A DNA stretch of 64,000 nt from Candidatus Latescibacterota bacterium. GTDB lineage: Bacteria > Latescibacterota > UBA2968 > UBA8231. Location of the stretch: the NCBI GenBank assembly GCA_965204725.1, contig OZ242005.1:224001-288000 (forward strand), given 5' to 3'. The notes under the pieces are model-generated. The model was not told the DNA's origin. It saw nothing but the letters and a program-made list of their open reading frames with translations, and searched no databases. Made by a program: the position numbers and the translations under genes. This document shows positions 46,901 to 55,826 of the stretch, in pieces (positions within the stretch are counted from its first letter, which is position 1; each line of letters starts with the position of its first letter).

Positions 46901-49900
46901 TCAATAGGCCACGTGTACGAGGCGCGTCAACTCGCTGTCCCGGTCGTCGGCCTCCACCTTGATCTGACAGAGATAGAGCCCCGGCGGTACGACCTGTCCA
47001 CCCATATCTCGCCCGTCCCAGACGAACGCCTGCGTCCCTACCTTGCCGCCGGTCGCCGAACTCTGCCCTCGGCCTACCAAGCGCCCGCTCAAATCGTAAA
47101 ACGCGACTTCTAATGGCCGTTCCTCTTGTATCTTCAATAAGACGAAATGCACCCAGAGCTGATCGTTGACTCCGTCGCCATTGGGCGTGAAGACCGACGC
47201 CATCCCCACATCTTGGATCAAAGACCCCGGCAAGTCCATCAGGCTGATCCGCGCCGTCGAAGAGTCCACCAACTCGGTCGCATCCTTATCGACGGTGTCA
47301 ACTCGTTGAAATACGCCCTCGTCCGAATCTGAGGACCGCACGAACGAGGCAAATTCAATGCCCTCGCGGAAGCTCTGCGACTCAAACTGCACCTCAATAA
47401 GGGCGTGCTGGCCAGTGGGCAAATCGGCATTGAGCGAAAAGGGGAAGCGCACCCAAATCGAATCCTCACCTGTCGCCATCCGGTCCAGCACCAAGCCGTC
47501 CTCCGAGCGGAAGACTCCGTCGTCGCCCGGGGCAAAGGCGCGGTCAAACTTCGTGGTCGTCGCCGAGGTCAGCACTTCTTCCGGGTTGAGGAACGAGGGC
47601 GTCTGGGCGATGGCGACTTGTCCCAAGCGCACACCGGTTACGCGCACAGCACGCGGCGCGACGACCAGCACCTCGTCAAAGCCGTCGCGCACCGTCGCGT
47701 CAGTCGGGTCGGGCGTGGCGGCACGGATGAAATAAGCAAATTGCTGCGGTGCGAGCGGATCGACATTGCGCGGCGGAGTGTAGTCCGAGGTCTGGACATC
47801 TAAGTCGCTCGGAATGCGCGTCGCTCCCTCATCGCTGAGGAGTGCCAGCTCGCCGGCTAGTTCGAGGGCCAGCGGCGGGGCCAACTCAACGCGCAAACTG
47901 CGGATGCGCGCCGTCTTGAAGGGATCTTCTGAGGAGATATTGACCCGCACTTGGAGAAACTTGCGCGGATTGGGCGAGGTGATCGTCGCCTCGTTGACTC
48001 CGTTGGTAGGTAGATAGCTTTCGCTCCACTCGCTCCAGCCGACAAACGCGAGTTCGCCATCCTTGTCAAAGCTCGACCGCGGTGCGCGGCGCAGCTTCTT
48101 GCCGTCCTCATCTATGAGGCCATCGCCATCGTTGTCGATGAGGTCAATCTCGTCTTCGTCGGTGACCCCGTCGCCATCGTCGTCCTTGCGCGAGGCGTGT
48201 CTCTTGCTTTCGGGCAGGGTTTGCCAAATCTCCCATGCCGTCCACTTCAAGGCAATCTCGTCGTAGATCTCTTTTGACACTTCCGTACGCTCTTCGTTGC
48301 CGGCGACAGTGACGACTTGGTAGTACGTGAAGTTGGTGTCGGTCTGGTCTGAGGTGCGAGTCTGTATCTGCAAGCGGACATCCGGGTGAAGATCCAACGG
48401 CTCAATCCGTTCCCTCGCTTGGCCGGTGAGCGGATCGGTCTCGCGGACGATGACATCGCCTTCCCAAGCGATGCGCGGCAGGGTCTTGCGGATGAAATTG
48501 CCGCGCGAATCTGTCTGCGAGATCGGCGGAGAGTACGCCCACACGCTGACCGGATAGCCTTCGCCATAGAGCTGGATCTCGGCCATAGTCGCCAGTGCCC
48601 CATAGCGGCCTGATTGCACCCCGGTGACATCGATGTCGCGGATTTGCAAAAAGCGGATCTTGCGCCTGAGAAAAGTCTCGCGGAAAATGCGCACTACCGG
48701 CGTGTGATTATCGACATGCTCCTCACTAATGATGTTGTCCCACTTGAGAGCTTCTTCAAGTTGGGGGAAGTCGTCGCGGTCGTTCATGCTCACGGGTTTG
48801 AGCAGAGTGCCGTCGGAAACCAAGATATCCGGCCCTAAGAAGGCCCCTTGGTGGCTCTGGTTGATGCGCTTGTTGACCACCGAGACATTATCGACCCAAA
48901 ACACGGCCCCTAAGTCGTACCAAGCCGTGCCTTTGAGGTACACCGGCGACCACGTATTGGCCACCCACTCCGAGTCGTACAGCCCATCCGTAGCCAAATT
49001 GGGTGCGCCCAAGCCGCCGTTTTCAAACGAAGCCCCGGCACGCCTTTCGGGTTGCAGCGCGTAGTTGTCGCCCTTAGCCCAAACTTGGACCTCGGCGATA
49101 CGGGGAACCTCTTTGCTGTAATAGAGAATCGAGCCGCGTTTTTCCACGGGCAGATTTTGATACTTTTCTTCAGCCGTCAGGTTGTCGTCGCTTTGGAGCT
49201 CGACGAGTAGGCCACCAGCGGTTTGACGCTGATAGACAATCGCACCGCGCCGCTCTTGGGGCAATGCTTCATAGGCAAGGCGCGCCTCTTCGTCAGCACC
49301 TAAAAAGGAATCGCGCCAGAGAGCCGAATTCGTAATTTTGATGCGGACGTACTGGATAAAAGCTCCACTGATGTCGGGTTGGCCGTTTAAGTCCCAGTCG
49401 GCTCGATCAAGCGGCCAGAGCGGAAAGGTCATCTGCACATGGCGTCCCTCGGTGCCAGGCACCGGAACCAGCGCCACTTCACCACTCTCACCCCCTCCCC
49501 CACCTTCACAGCGAGTCTCGCCGGCGTAGCCCGAGCTTTCGTCGCGCACACATTGGGCTAACTTGCCGGCGACGAAGTCGGTCGAGACTCGCCCTATGAG
49601 GGAAAACTTGAGGTTGTTGCCCAAAGGAAAGGGGAAGCGCTCACCCATCGAGGCGAAAAGCGCGAAGGACTTAACCGGCTCGCCGAGAAATTCGCCCTCA
49701 AACTGACCAGCGGGAAAGATGATCGTCAAGCTGTCGGCAAAAACCAATCGTCCCAGATCGATTTCAATTTCCCAGTTGCGCAGACCGTCGAGATTGAAAT
49801 CCCCAGGACGAGTCAGCCTGCTCGCAAAACTGGCCGGGGTGGCCGGCTCCCAGAAGGTGCTCAAATCGCCATCTATAACATTGTTGGCCAAGCGGTCGTT

Positions 49901-50236
49901 GGATTTGGCGGTCGTACCTCCAGAGACTAGATCGCCGTTAGCGCGGACCAAATCGGGATAGGTGAAATCGACAGCCGTCGGAGCCACGTTGATATTGCGG
50001 CGAAAGAACGTCGGCCGCAGACCGTCGGCCGCAACTTGGAAGATATCCGCATCGCGGATTGGCACATTCAAATTCGCAACCAGATCGTTCTGATAGAGCC
50101 AGTTTTCCCAGTGTGAGGCTCGATCCACGCGAATCGAGTTGCCGGAAAGCCTGTAGGCATTCGTTTGGGCCAGACAGAAACTGGGCATAAACAGTACGGC
50201 GAAGAGGGCCGCCTGCCGTTTTAGCAGTCGTTTCAT
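46901..50236 (-). CDS. Secreted discoidin-like protein with FlgD-Ig/T9SS-like C-terminal domain (1111 aa)
   Basis: Signal peptide; IDLG and YDLG discoidin-like motifs; WSEWS; FTPNGDGVND..WDGRD..PGLY..LVHVAY. Confidence 0.87.
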   Translation of the reverse strand: MKRLLKRQAALFAVLFMPSFCLAQTNAYRLSGNSIRVDRASHWENWLYQNDLVANLNVPIRDADIFQVAADGLRPTFFRRNINVAPTAVDFTYPDLVRANGDLVSGGTTAKSNDRLANNVIDGDLSTFWEPATPASFASRLTRPGDFNLDGLRNWEIEIDLGRLVFADSLTIIFPAGQFEGEFLGEPVKSFALFASMGERFPFPLGNNLKFSLIGRVSTDFVAGKLAQCVRDESSGYAGETRCEGGGGGESGEVALVPVPGTEGRHVQMTFPLWPLDRADWDLNGQPDISGAFIQYVRIKITNSALWRDSFLGADEEARLAYEALPQERRGAIVYQRQTAGGLLVELQSDDNLTAEEKYQNLPVEKRGSILYYSKEVPRIAEVQVWAKGDNYALQPERRAGASFENGGLGAPNLATDGLYDSEWVANTWSPVYLKGTAWYDLGAVFWVDNVSVVNKRINQSHQGAFLGPDILVSDGTLLKPVSMNDRDDFPQLEEALKWDNIISEEHVDNHTPVVRIFRETFLRRKIRFLQIRDIDVTGVQSGRYGALATMAEIQLYGEGYPVSVWAYSPPISQTDSRGNFIRKTLPRIAWEGDVIVRETDPLTGQARERIEPLDLHPDVRLQIQTRTSDQTDTNFTYYQVVTVAGNEERTEVSKEIYDEIALKWTAWEIWQTLPESKRHASRKDDDGDGVTDEDEIDLIDNDGDGLIDEDGKKLRRAPRSSFDKDGELAFVGWSEWSESYLPTNGVNEATITSPNPRKFLQVRVNISSEDPFKTARIRSLRVELAPPLALELAGELALLSDEGATRIPSDLDVQTSDYTPPRNVDPLAPQQFAYFIRAATPDPTDATVRDGFDEVLVVAPRAVRVTGVRLGQVAIAQTPSFLNPEEVLTSATTTKFDRAFAPGDDGVFRSEDGLVLDRMATGEDSIWVRFPFSLNADLPTGQHALIEVQFESQSFREGIEFASFVRSSDSDEGVFQRVDTVDKDATELVDSSTARISLMDLPGSLIQDVGMASVFTPNGDGVNDQLWVHFVLLKIQEERPLEVAFYDLSGRLVGRGQSSATGGKVGTQAFVWDGRDMGGQVVPPGLYLCQIKVEADDRDSELTRLVHVAY

Positions 50237-50272
50237 AGCATTTCCTTTCTTCTTTCCGCGCTTCAGCTAAGG

Positions 50273-52753
50273 TCAATACGCTACGGAAACAATGCGCGTC
50301 TGGGGCGTACCCGCGTGATCGGCTTCGGTCGAAATGCGCAACATGTATAGGCCCGGAGGCACTACCTGTCCAGCATCGTCGCGACCATCCCATGGTTGAG
50401 AATATCCTCCCGACGACAGATGGCGCTCAATAAAGCGCAGTCGCCGACCGTTCAAAGCAAATATCTCTAGATGCACCGGCCTCGGCGTTAGCAGCCGCTG
50501 TATATCAAAAGCGGCGACTATTTCGTCGTTGACCTCGTCGCCATTGGGCGTAAACGGATTGGGCGCGACCCTAAAGTTGGTCACGAGATTCTTGCTTTGC
50601 GCTGAAATATCGGCGATCACCGCTAGGGAATTGCGATCTGAGAGTTGGTCCGTCGCGGCGAAGTCCACCACGTCATTGTCCTGCACCCGCTGTGGCAGGA
50701 AGAGGGCCAGCGTATCGAGCCCACTCTCGCTACTCCCAAGTGCCAAAATACCGTTTCTGGTAAAGCGCCGCTCCACTTCTGCTCCTAAGGTATCTAGGAA
50801 GACGCTGGCGACGAAGTTAGTGCGGAAATCGATGACTCGCCCCTGAAAGCAGACCTTTACCAATACGTTGCGAACTTGGCCATCCTCAGCAGGGCTGATG
50901 GCTGGAAAACCAACGACGAACTGATCGTCGGCGACGTACAATTCTCGAAACTGATTCTCGCCGATCTCGCCTTCGCCGCCCGCTCGTTCCAAGTTCAGGA
51001 ACTCCCCGTCGCCTAGATCCACTTCCACCCCCTCAATGGCCTCTGTGCGCGCCGGAGTAAAAACCTGCAAGCGATTGAAGCCGTTGTTCTCGGCCCCTAT
51101 CTCAGCACTGAGGACCAATACAAAGGAGGTGTCGCGACCTGCAATTACATCCACGGCCGGAGCGATCTCACCGCCGATCTGATCCGTTATCTGTGGGGCA
51201 GAGTATTCAAAGCGTAAGTTGCTAATAATCGTGGCCGCCTCGGGTTCTTGGCTCAGAAACTCAACCTCTATCTGAATGAAGGGCCGACCACTCGGCGCAT
51301 TGATCAACTCGCCATTGTTGGCTAACTGGACGCCACTCCAAAACTCGAGATCAGGTTCGACATGGCGCCGTACATTGCCCGGCAGGGCCTTGTACTCCTT
51401 GCGGGTCAGGCGGACTCGCGCTCGATCCTCGGGCAGAGCGGCACTGAAGATCTCACGAGCCTCCAGATTGAAATTTTCATCGTTTAGGTCCACTTCTTGG
51501 CCTTCGGTCAATGAACCGAGCCTCCGGTCAATAATAGTTGCCCCCTCTGCACGCCACTCCACTTCGCGCTCAAAGTCATTGACGCGAAAAAGCACATCCG
51601 GCTCGGGATTGACGCCGGTCTGGACGCGTACGATAGCGCGCGACCTATTGGGATCGCCAATTTTTCTCTCGTCCCAGAAGATCCGCCCCAAGGTCGCCGG
51701 GGGCAGCGGCAGAGCATTGGAAGTATATACCGCTTCGGGCACGAAACCGTCGGCGAAAAACTCCATTTCAGCCAAGTCGTAGTCCAGCGGAGTCTGAAAA
51801 TCGAAGCGCGCATAGCGCATGTAAGCCTGCGGATCAAAGGCCACAGCAATGGTGTCTTCCACATTGACTGGTACGCTCGCCTCGGAAACGAAAGTCGGAA
51901 AAGTCGGAGCTATGCTAGTAAACCTAGGGAATGCCAACTGCCCAATGCTCGGATCGTCGAGACTAAGACCGGCGATTATCTTCTCAGTCTCAGGCAGCCC
52001 TCTATGGAAGGTGTAAGCGGAAACACGCGCAGGCTCTTCAAGACTGGGGTAGAGGCGGAACAAGCGAATTGGAAAGTAGCGTCCTAGGTCGATATAGAGG
52101 GTCCATATCTGCTTGACATCCTGCCCAACTCGGTCAATGCGCTCGAAATGGGTCAGTGGATCGCCATCGAAAACGCTCCCCAAGCCCTCTTGGAGTCGCT
52201 GATCAGTCAAAGCCCTTTCAAAAATGCCGAGAGTTGTGAGATTGAGCCCCTTGTTGTACTTATCGCCGCCGGGAGGGCGAGGAAAAGATTCGGCCACGTT
52301 GATCAGGGCCTCAATCTCGGTAATGCCAGCTTGGCGTAATAGCTGGACAGCCTCTAGGCTTTGCGGAAAGGGACTCCAGCGAGGAATCAAGACCGTGCCC
52401 GCCTCTACGATCGTGCCATCTTCAAGTTCGATATCAGTCGGTGCGACTACATCGGCTCTGGTTACATTAAGCGAGAAAGCAAAGAGGCTGGAATCGGTCG
52501 CCGCATCTACTTCGGTGGCGGTTAATGCAAGAGAGATTTCGGGAACGGGGACTACACGCAGTGGCGTGATAGGCCCAATGCCATTTTCATAGCTTTCAAA
52601 GTCTATTACTTCAATGAAGCGACTTTCTGAAAGCGGCCCCTGTTTGGCTTCGGCCCAAGTTGTGTTGCCCGGGATGGCAAATAGACGCAACTCTGCAGCA
52701 TTTGCTACCCCACCTGCCAAAATCAGCACGGCGACACAAATACCAACTCTCAT
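50273..52753 (-). CDS. Secreted discoidin-like protein with FlgD-Ig/T9SS-like C-terminal domain (826 aa)
   Basis: Start set at MRVGIC (RBS GGAG); IDLGRYFPIRLFRLYP; PNPFTPNGDEVND..WDGRD..PGLY..IVSVAY. Confidence 0.85.
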   Translation of the reverse strand: MRVGICVAVLILAGGVANAAELRLFAIPGNTTWAEAKQGPLSESRFIEVIDFESYENGIGPITPLRVVPVPEISLALTATEVDAATDSSLFAFSLNVTRADVVAPTDIELEDGTIVEAGTVLIPRWSPFPQSLEAVQLLRQAGITEIEALINVAESFPRPPGGDKYNKGLNLTTLGIFERALTDQRLQEGLGSVFDGDPLTHFERIDRVGQDVKQIWTLYIDLGRYFPIRLFRLYPSLEEPARVSAYTFHRGLPETEKIIAGLSLDDPSIGQLAFPRFTSIAPTFPTFVSEASVPVNVEDTIAVAFDPQAYMRYARFDFQTPLDYDLAEMEFFADGFVPEAVYTSNALPLPPATLGRIFWDERKIGDPNRSRAIVRVQTGVNPEPDVLFRVNDFEREVEWRAEGATIIDRRLGSLTEGQEVDLNDENFNLEAREIFSAALPEDRARVRLTRKEYKALPGNVRRHVEPDLEFWSGVQLANNGELINAPSGRPFIQIEVEFLSQEPEAATIISNLRFEYSAPQITDQIGGEIAPAVDVIAGRDTSFVLVLSAEIGAENNGFNRLQVFTPARTEAIEGVEVDLGDGEFLNLERAGGEGEIGENQFRELYVADDQFVVGFPAISPAEDGQVRNVLVKVCFQGRVIDFRTNFVASVFLDTLGAEVERRFTRNGILALGSSESGLDTLALFLPQRVQDNDVVDFAATDQLSDRNSLAVIADISAQSKNLVTNFRVAPNPFTPNGDEVNDEIVAAFDIQRLLTPRPVHLEIFALNGRRLRFIERHLSSGGYSQPWDGRDDAGQVVPPGLYMLRISTEADHAGTPQTRIVSVAY

Positions 52754-52860
52754 TCCGTTACTCCCCGGTAGAATTTGCCCGGATCGCAGCATGGGCAAAC
52801 AGGAGCGAGGTATTATGACGCGAGGAAGGTAGCTATCTACGTTATGCGATAGCCACGAGA

Positions 52861-52904
52861 TAATTTTAAGGAGAGGAGGAAGCATTCCCCCTCTCCTTAA
52901 ATTA
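52861..52904. terminator. Hairpin between the first and second genes of module B
   Basis: TTTAAGGAGAGG (52865..52876) pairs with CCTCTCCTTAAA (52890..52901), extendable at both ends. Confidence 0.7.
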
Positions 52905-52926
52905 GGAAAACAGCAGGACGCTACTA

Positions 52927-53823
52927 TTACTCAATCGCGGCCTTGATGCGGCCCCAAGACTCTTCTTCGACCGACGTTTCACCGGTGCCGACCAAGCGAC
53001 CATCGACGAAACGCTCGGCATAGCGCCAAGTCGCGGCCTGACCAGACAAGGTGTGAAAGGCGCGGTACTCTGACGGGCCTGTATCCATGTCCTGAGCCGA
53101 AATTTGGAACCCAATGATCTTGCCGTCGAAGAGAGGCGACGGGACGCTGTCGTCGGGACTATTCCAGATCAGATCGTCGAAAGGCGTGACGAAAAATTCG
53201 ATGATCGTAGTCGTCGGTCCGTCCCCGACCGAACCCCCACCGCCATCGGCGTAGGGCAGCGCGTTGACCCACTCGGTGCCTTTGCCCAGATAGCCGACAT
53301 GGCGGCCGTCAGGAGTATCGCCGATAGCCACGTACTGCTGAGCCGTGCGGTTGTTATTCAGGTCTTTCTCTTCGTCGGTCCAGTTCTCGTCAGCCGAACC
53401 GGTATAGTCTCCACCGGTGTGGTCGCCATCAAGCATGAACTCAATAGCATCTTGCCGCCACAAGCTACCCAAGTCACCGCCAGCGTACTCGTTGATGTAC
53501 ACATTGTCGATGCGCTCCATACCCATCCAGATGGTTCCGGCATTGCCGTTCCAGCCCAGCCAGATGCGGTAGTCTAGGTCTGCCGGATCGTACTGAGCAC
53601 CATCGCCTACAGTCGGATCGTGAAAGAAATCAGTCGTGGTCAGCGCAGCATCACCAATCACGTCTTCCCAGTCTGCTATGCTGGCATCGCGCAGATCGAT
53701 GTCAGCCAGATCCGCCTCGGAAACTTCAAAGAGCAGGTAGATCTGTTCGCCAATATGTGCGTTGGCACCGCTCGTCAGGCCCACTATCAGGCCCATAGCG
53801 ATAAGGCCATATAGACGTTTCAT
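52927..53823 (-). CDS. Secreted CBM9/DOMON-like protein with WGRIK tail (298 aa)
   Basis: Start MKRLYG with RBS AAGGAG; DAIEFMLDGDHTGG and IIGFQI..DMD; ends TSVEEESWGRIKAAIE. Confidence 0.85.
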   Translation of the reverse strand: MKRLYGLIAMGLIVGLTSGANAHIGEQIYLLFEVSEADLADIDLRDASIADWEDVIGDAALTTTDFFHDPTVGDGAQYDPADLDYRIWLGWNGNAGTIWMGMERIDNVYINEYAGGDLGSLWRQDAIEFMLDGDHTGGDYTGSADENWTDEEKDLNNNRTAQQYVAIGDTPDGRHVGYLGKGTEWVNALPYADGGGGSVGDGPTTTIIEFFVTPFDDLIWNSPDDSVPSPLFDGKIIGFQISAQDMDTGPSEYRAFHTLSGQAATWRYAERFVDGRLVGTGETSVEEESWGRIKAAIE

Positions 53824-53840
53824 AAGTTGCGACTCCTTCC

Positions 53841-54091
53841 AATACCCCTTATCGGGAGTGTGGTGGTTTGGGGCAGCGACCTTTTCGGCTCGAACTGCGT
53901 CGTAGCACAGCCCTCCATTGCTTATTGCCTTCATAGGTCTGTCTTCCCCTGCATGATATGGATTGCCCCCTAGTAGTCGTGTACTTAGGGGCCTCTGTTA
54001 GGAAATAATTATAAAGTTTTCTCGATTGTAATTCAAGTATCTTGTATTCGGCAGTGCTTGGCCCGTTGGCATACTCCCGATAAGGGGTATT
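53841..54091. repeat. 22-bp inverted repeat pair (21/22 identical) flanking a 207-bp promoter segment
   Basis: 53841..53862 AATACCCCTTATCGGGAGTGTG versus 54070..54091 CATACTCCCGATAAGGGGTATT. Confidence 0.9.
54008..54036 (-). promoter_or_regulatory. sigma70 promoter of module B, inside the inverted repeats
   Basis: Minus strand TTGAAT-N17-TATAAT. Confidence 0.8.
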
Positions 54092-54114
54092 ATCAGGAGT
54101 TAAGCGAGGCGTAT

Positions 54115-55020
54115 TTATTGAGCATCTCCAGCGTCGTCGCCGGTGCTATCTCCGGCCGGGTCGTCCGCATCGTCGTCCGCGCTTTCTTCGTCCTTATCTT
54201 TCCGAAAGCGAATGTGCTTTATGTCGTGCATACCAATCGCAAACCGACCCGAACCTACGGTTCCCGTAAAGGCCTGGTTGACGCGCTCGAAATAGCTCTT
54301 GTCGGTCTCGCCCGAAAGGCGGACTAGGCTCGCCTCGACCGTGCCCATAACGGTTTTTCCCGACCAGTAGGTCGCCGTTATCGGCCTAAACTCGTCGCCC
54401 GTCCCGCCGTCCTCAAAGTCGATTCGCTCCACTTTGTCTAGGGGGATAAAGCGCTTGTCGCGGCCCTTGAAAAAGTCGAGCCGCTGCTTGCCGTGAAAGC
54501 GCAAATTCTCCACCTCAAAGCGCCGGCCGTTTAAGGTGATGATCGTGGCCTTGAGGGCCTTTTCCGTCGGCGGCTCCTCGCCGATGGGAGGGCGCAAGAC
54601 AATCTCTTGCACATCGCTGGCGAGAATAAAGAACGGCCCTAGCTCGGTCACCCCAGCGAAGCGACGCCCGCTACTCCCGCCGCCGACGGCGTCTTGGTGG
54701 GGCGAAGAAGCACTGCCCGTCACCATCAGGCCCGATTCTTGGCCGCCGTTCCAGAACACGAGCACGACGCGCTGTTCCTCGTCGCTGCGCTCCCCTTCAA
54801 AGCGCAACTTGGCAACCTTGACCAGTTCCACCAGCCGACGCTGGCCTTGGACGTAGATTTCCAAATCCTGACGCCCTTGAAAGGTGAACTTATTTACTTG
54901 GTGCTGGTTTCCGTAGCGATCGATAATGGTCGCTTTGAGGGGAGAAGTAGCAGCTCCACTGGCCGATGCCCAGAGCGCGGCCAAGAGTATAACTCCACCC
55001 CATAGTCCTTTGCGCTGCAT
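54115..55020 (-). CDS. Secreted hypothetical protein with an internal two-fold duplication
   Basis: Signal peptide; LKATIIDRYG and LKATIITLNG repeat halves; acidic tail. Confidence 0.8.
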   Translation of the reverse strand: MQRKGLWGGVILLAALWASASGAATSPLKATIIDRYGNQHQVNKFTFQGRQDLEIYVQGQRRLVELVKVAKLRFEGERSDEEQRVVLVFWNGGQESGLMVTGSASSPHQDAVGGGSSGRRFAGVTELGPFFILASDVQEIVLRPPIGEEPPTEKALKATIITLNGRRFEVENLRFHGKQRLDFFKGRDKRFIPLDKVERIDFEDGGTGDEFRPITATYWSGKTVMGTVEASLVRLSGETDKSYFERVNQAFTGTVGSGRFAIGMHDIKHIRFRKDKDEESADDDADDPAGDSTGDDAGDAQ

Positions 55021-55040
55021 GGTATTGCTCCGCGAGAAGC

Positions 55041-55733
55041 CTAAGGCTGTGCGGCCCCTTCGCCCCCGCCTTCGCCCGGTTGTGCCGGCGAGGGAGGCGC
55101 GATGAGGATGTTTTGGGTCTGTCCCATGCTTACCTGCACGGGCCTAATTTCGTCCAAACCAGTGGGAGAGTTTTCAAGCCTAACCTTGTACTCGCCCACC
55201 GGCACGATAAAGTAGCGCACCTCGGTCGAGGTCATGCCTCGGCCCAGCATCGTCCGCAAATTGTAGTCAAAAATCAAGAACGGCACCTGACTGCGGCCTT
55301 GGGCATCAGAAAAAATGATCTGAAAACGGCCGATGGGTATGGTCGCGTACATTTCCTGCCCCATCAGGACTTCGACTTCCTTCTCGACGCTGTCGTCGAT
55401 ATCCGTATTGACCACAACCCGATAACTGCCAGGGTCGAGATCGACGAACTGCGGCAGAGAGCGGTACCCTGTCTCGTATCCTATGGGTGAACTCGCAGCC
55501 ATGCGAGGCGATTCCGAGTGAACCTCCTCGCCGGTTTCTTCGTCGAGTATATAGTAGTTTACTTCGTTGATCCCTCCCGTCTCCAATATGAGCCGCCCCT
55601 TGCCTTCGGGAATAGGGGGTAGCCCATAGCCGCCGCCGCCGCCGCCCGTGGTAGCACAGCCCGCCACGACAGCCACTAGCGCACCAACCAGAAGCCACTT
55701 TTGAACCTGTGTATATTCGACTTTCGACGCCAT
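55041..55733 (-). CDS. Hypothetical lipoprotein (beta-sandwich-like)
   Basis: Lipobox VAGC, poly-Gly linker; RBS GGAGG; promoter upstream. Confidence 0.8.
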   Translation of the reverse strand: MASKVEYTQVQKWLLVGALVAVVAGCATTGGGGGGYGLPPIPEGKGRLILETGGINEVNYYILDEETGEEVHSESPRMAASSPIGYETGYRSLPQFVDLDPGSYRVVVNTDIDDSVEKEVEVLMGQEMYATIPIGRFQIIFSDAQGRSQVPFLIFDYNLRTMLGRGMTSTEVRYFIVPVGEYKVRLENSPTGLDEIRPVQVSMGQTQNILIAPPSPAQPGEGGGEGAAQP

Positions 55734-55797
55734 CTTTCCCTCCTTGTGCCGAGCGGTGGAAAACGGACTTAACTACCTAAGAGCCAAGCTGTTGAAC

Positions 55798-55826
55798 ATA
55801 ATATATAGGCTCTCAGCGGCTGTCAA
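55798..55826 (-). promoter_or_regulatory. sigma70 promoter for 55041..55733
   Basis: Minus strand TTGACA-N17-TATTAT. Confidence 0.7.

Noticed and set aside
54058-54327. Small plus-strand ORF sharing HTPDKGY with the upstream extension of 52927..53934
   Set aside because: The shared peptide is just the translation of the 22-bp inverted repeat; neither stretch looks coding.
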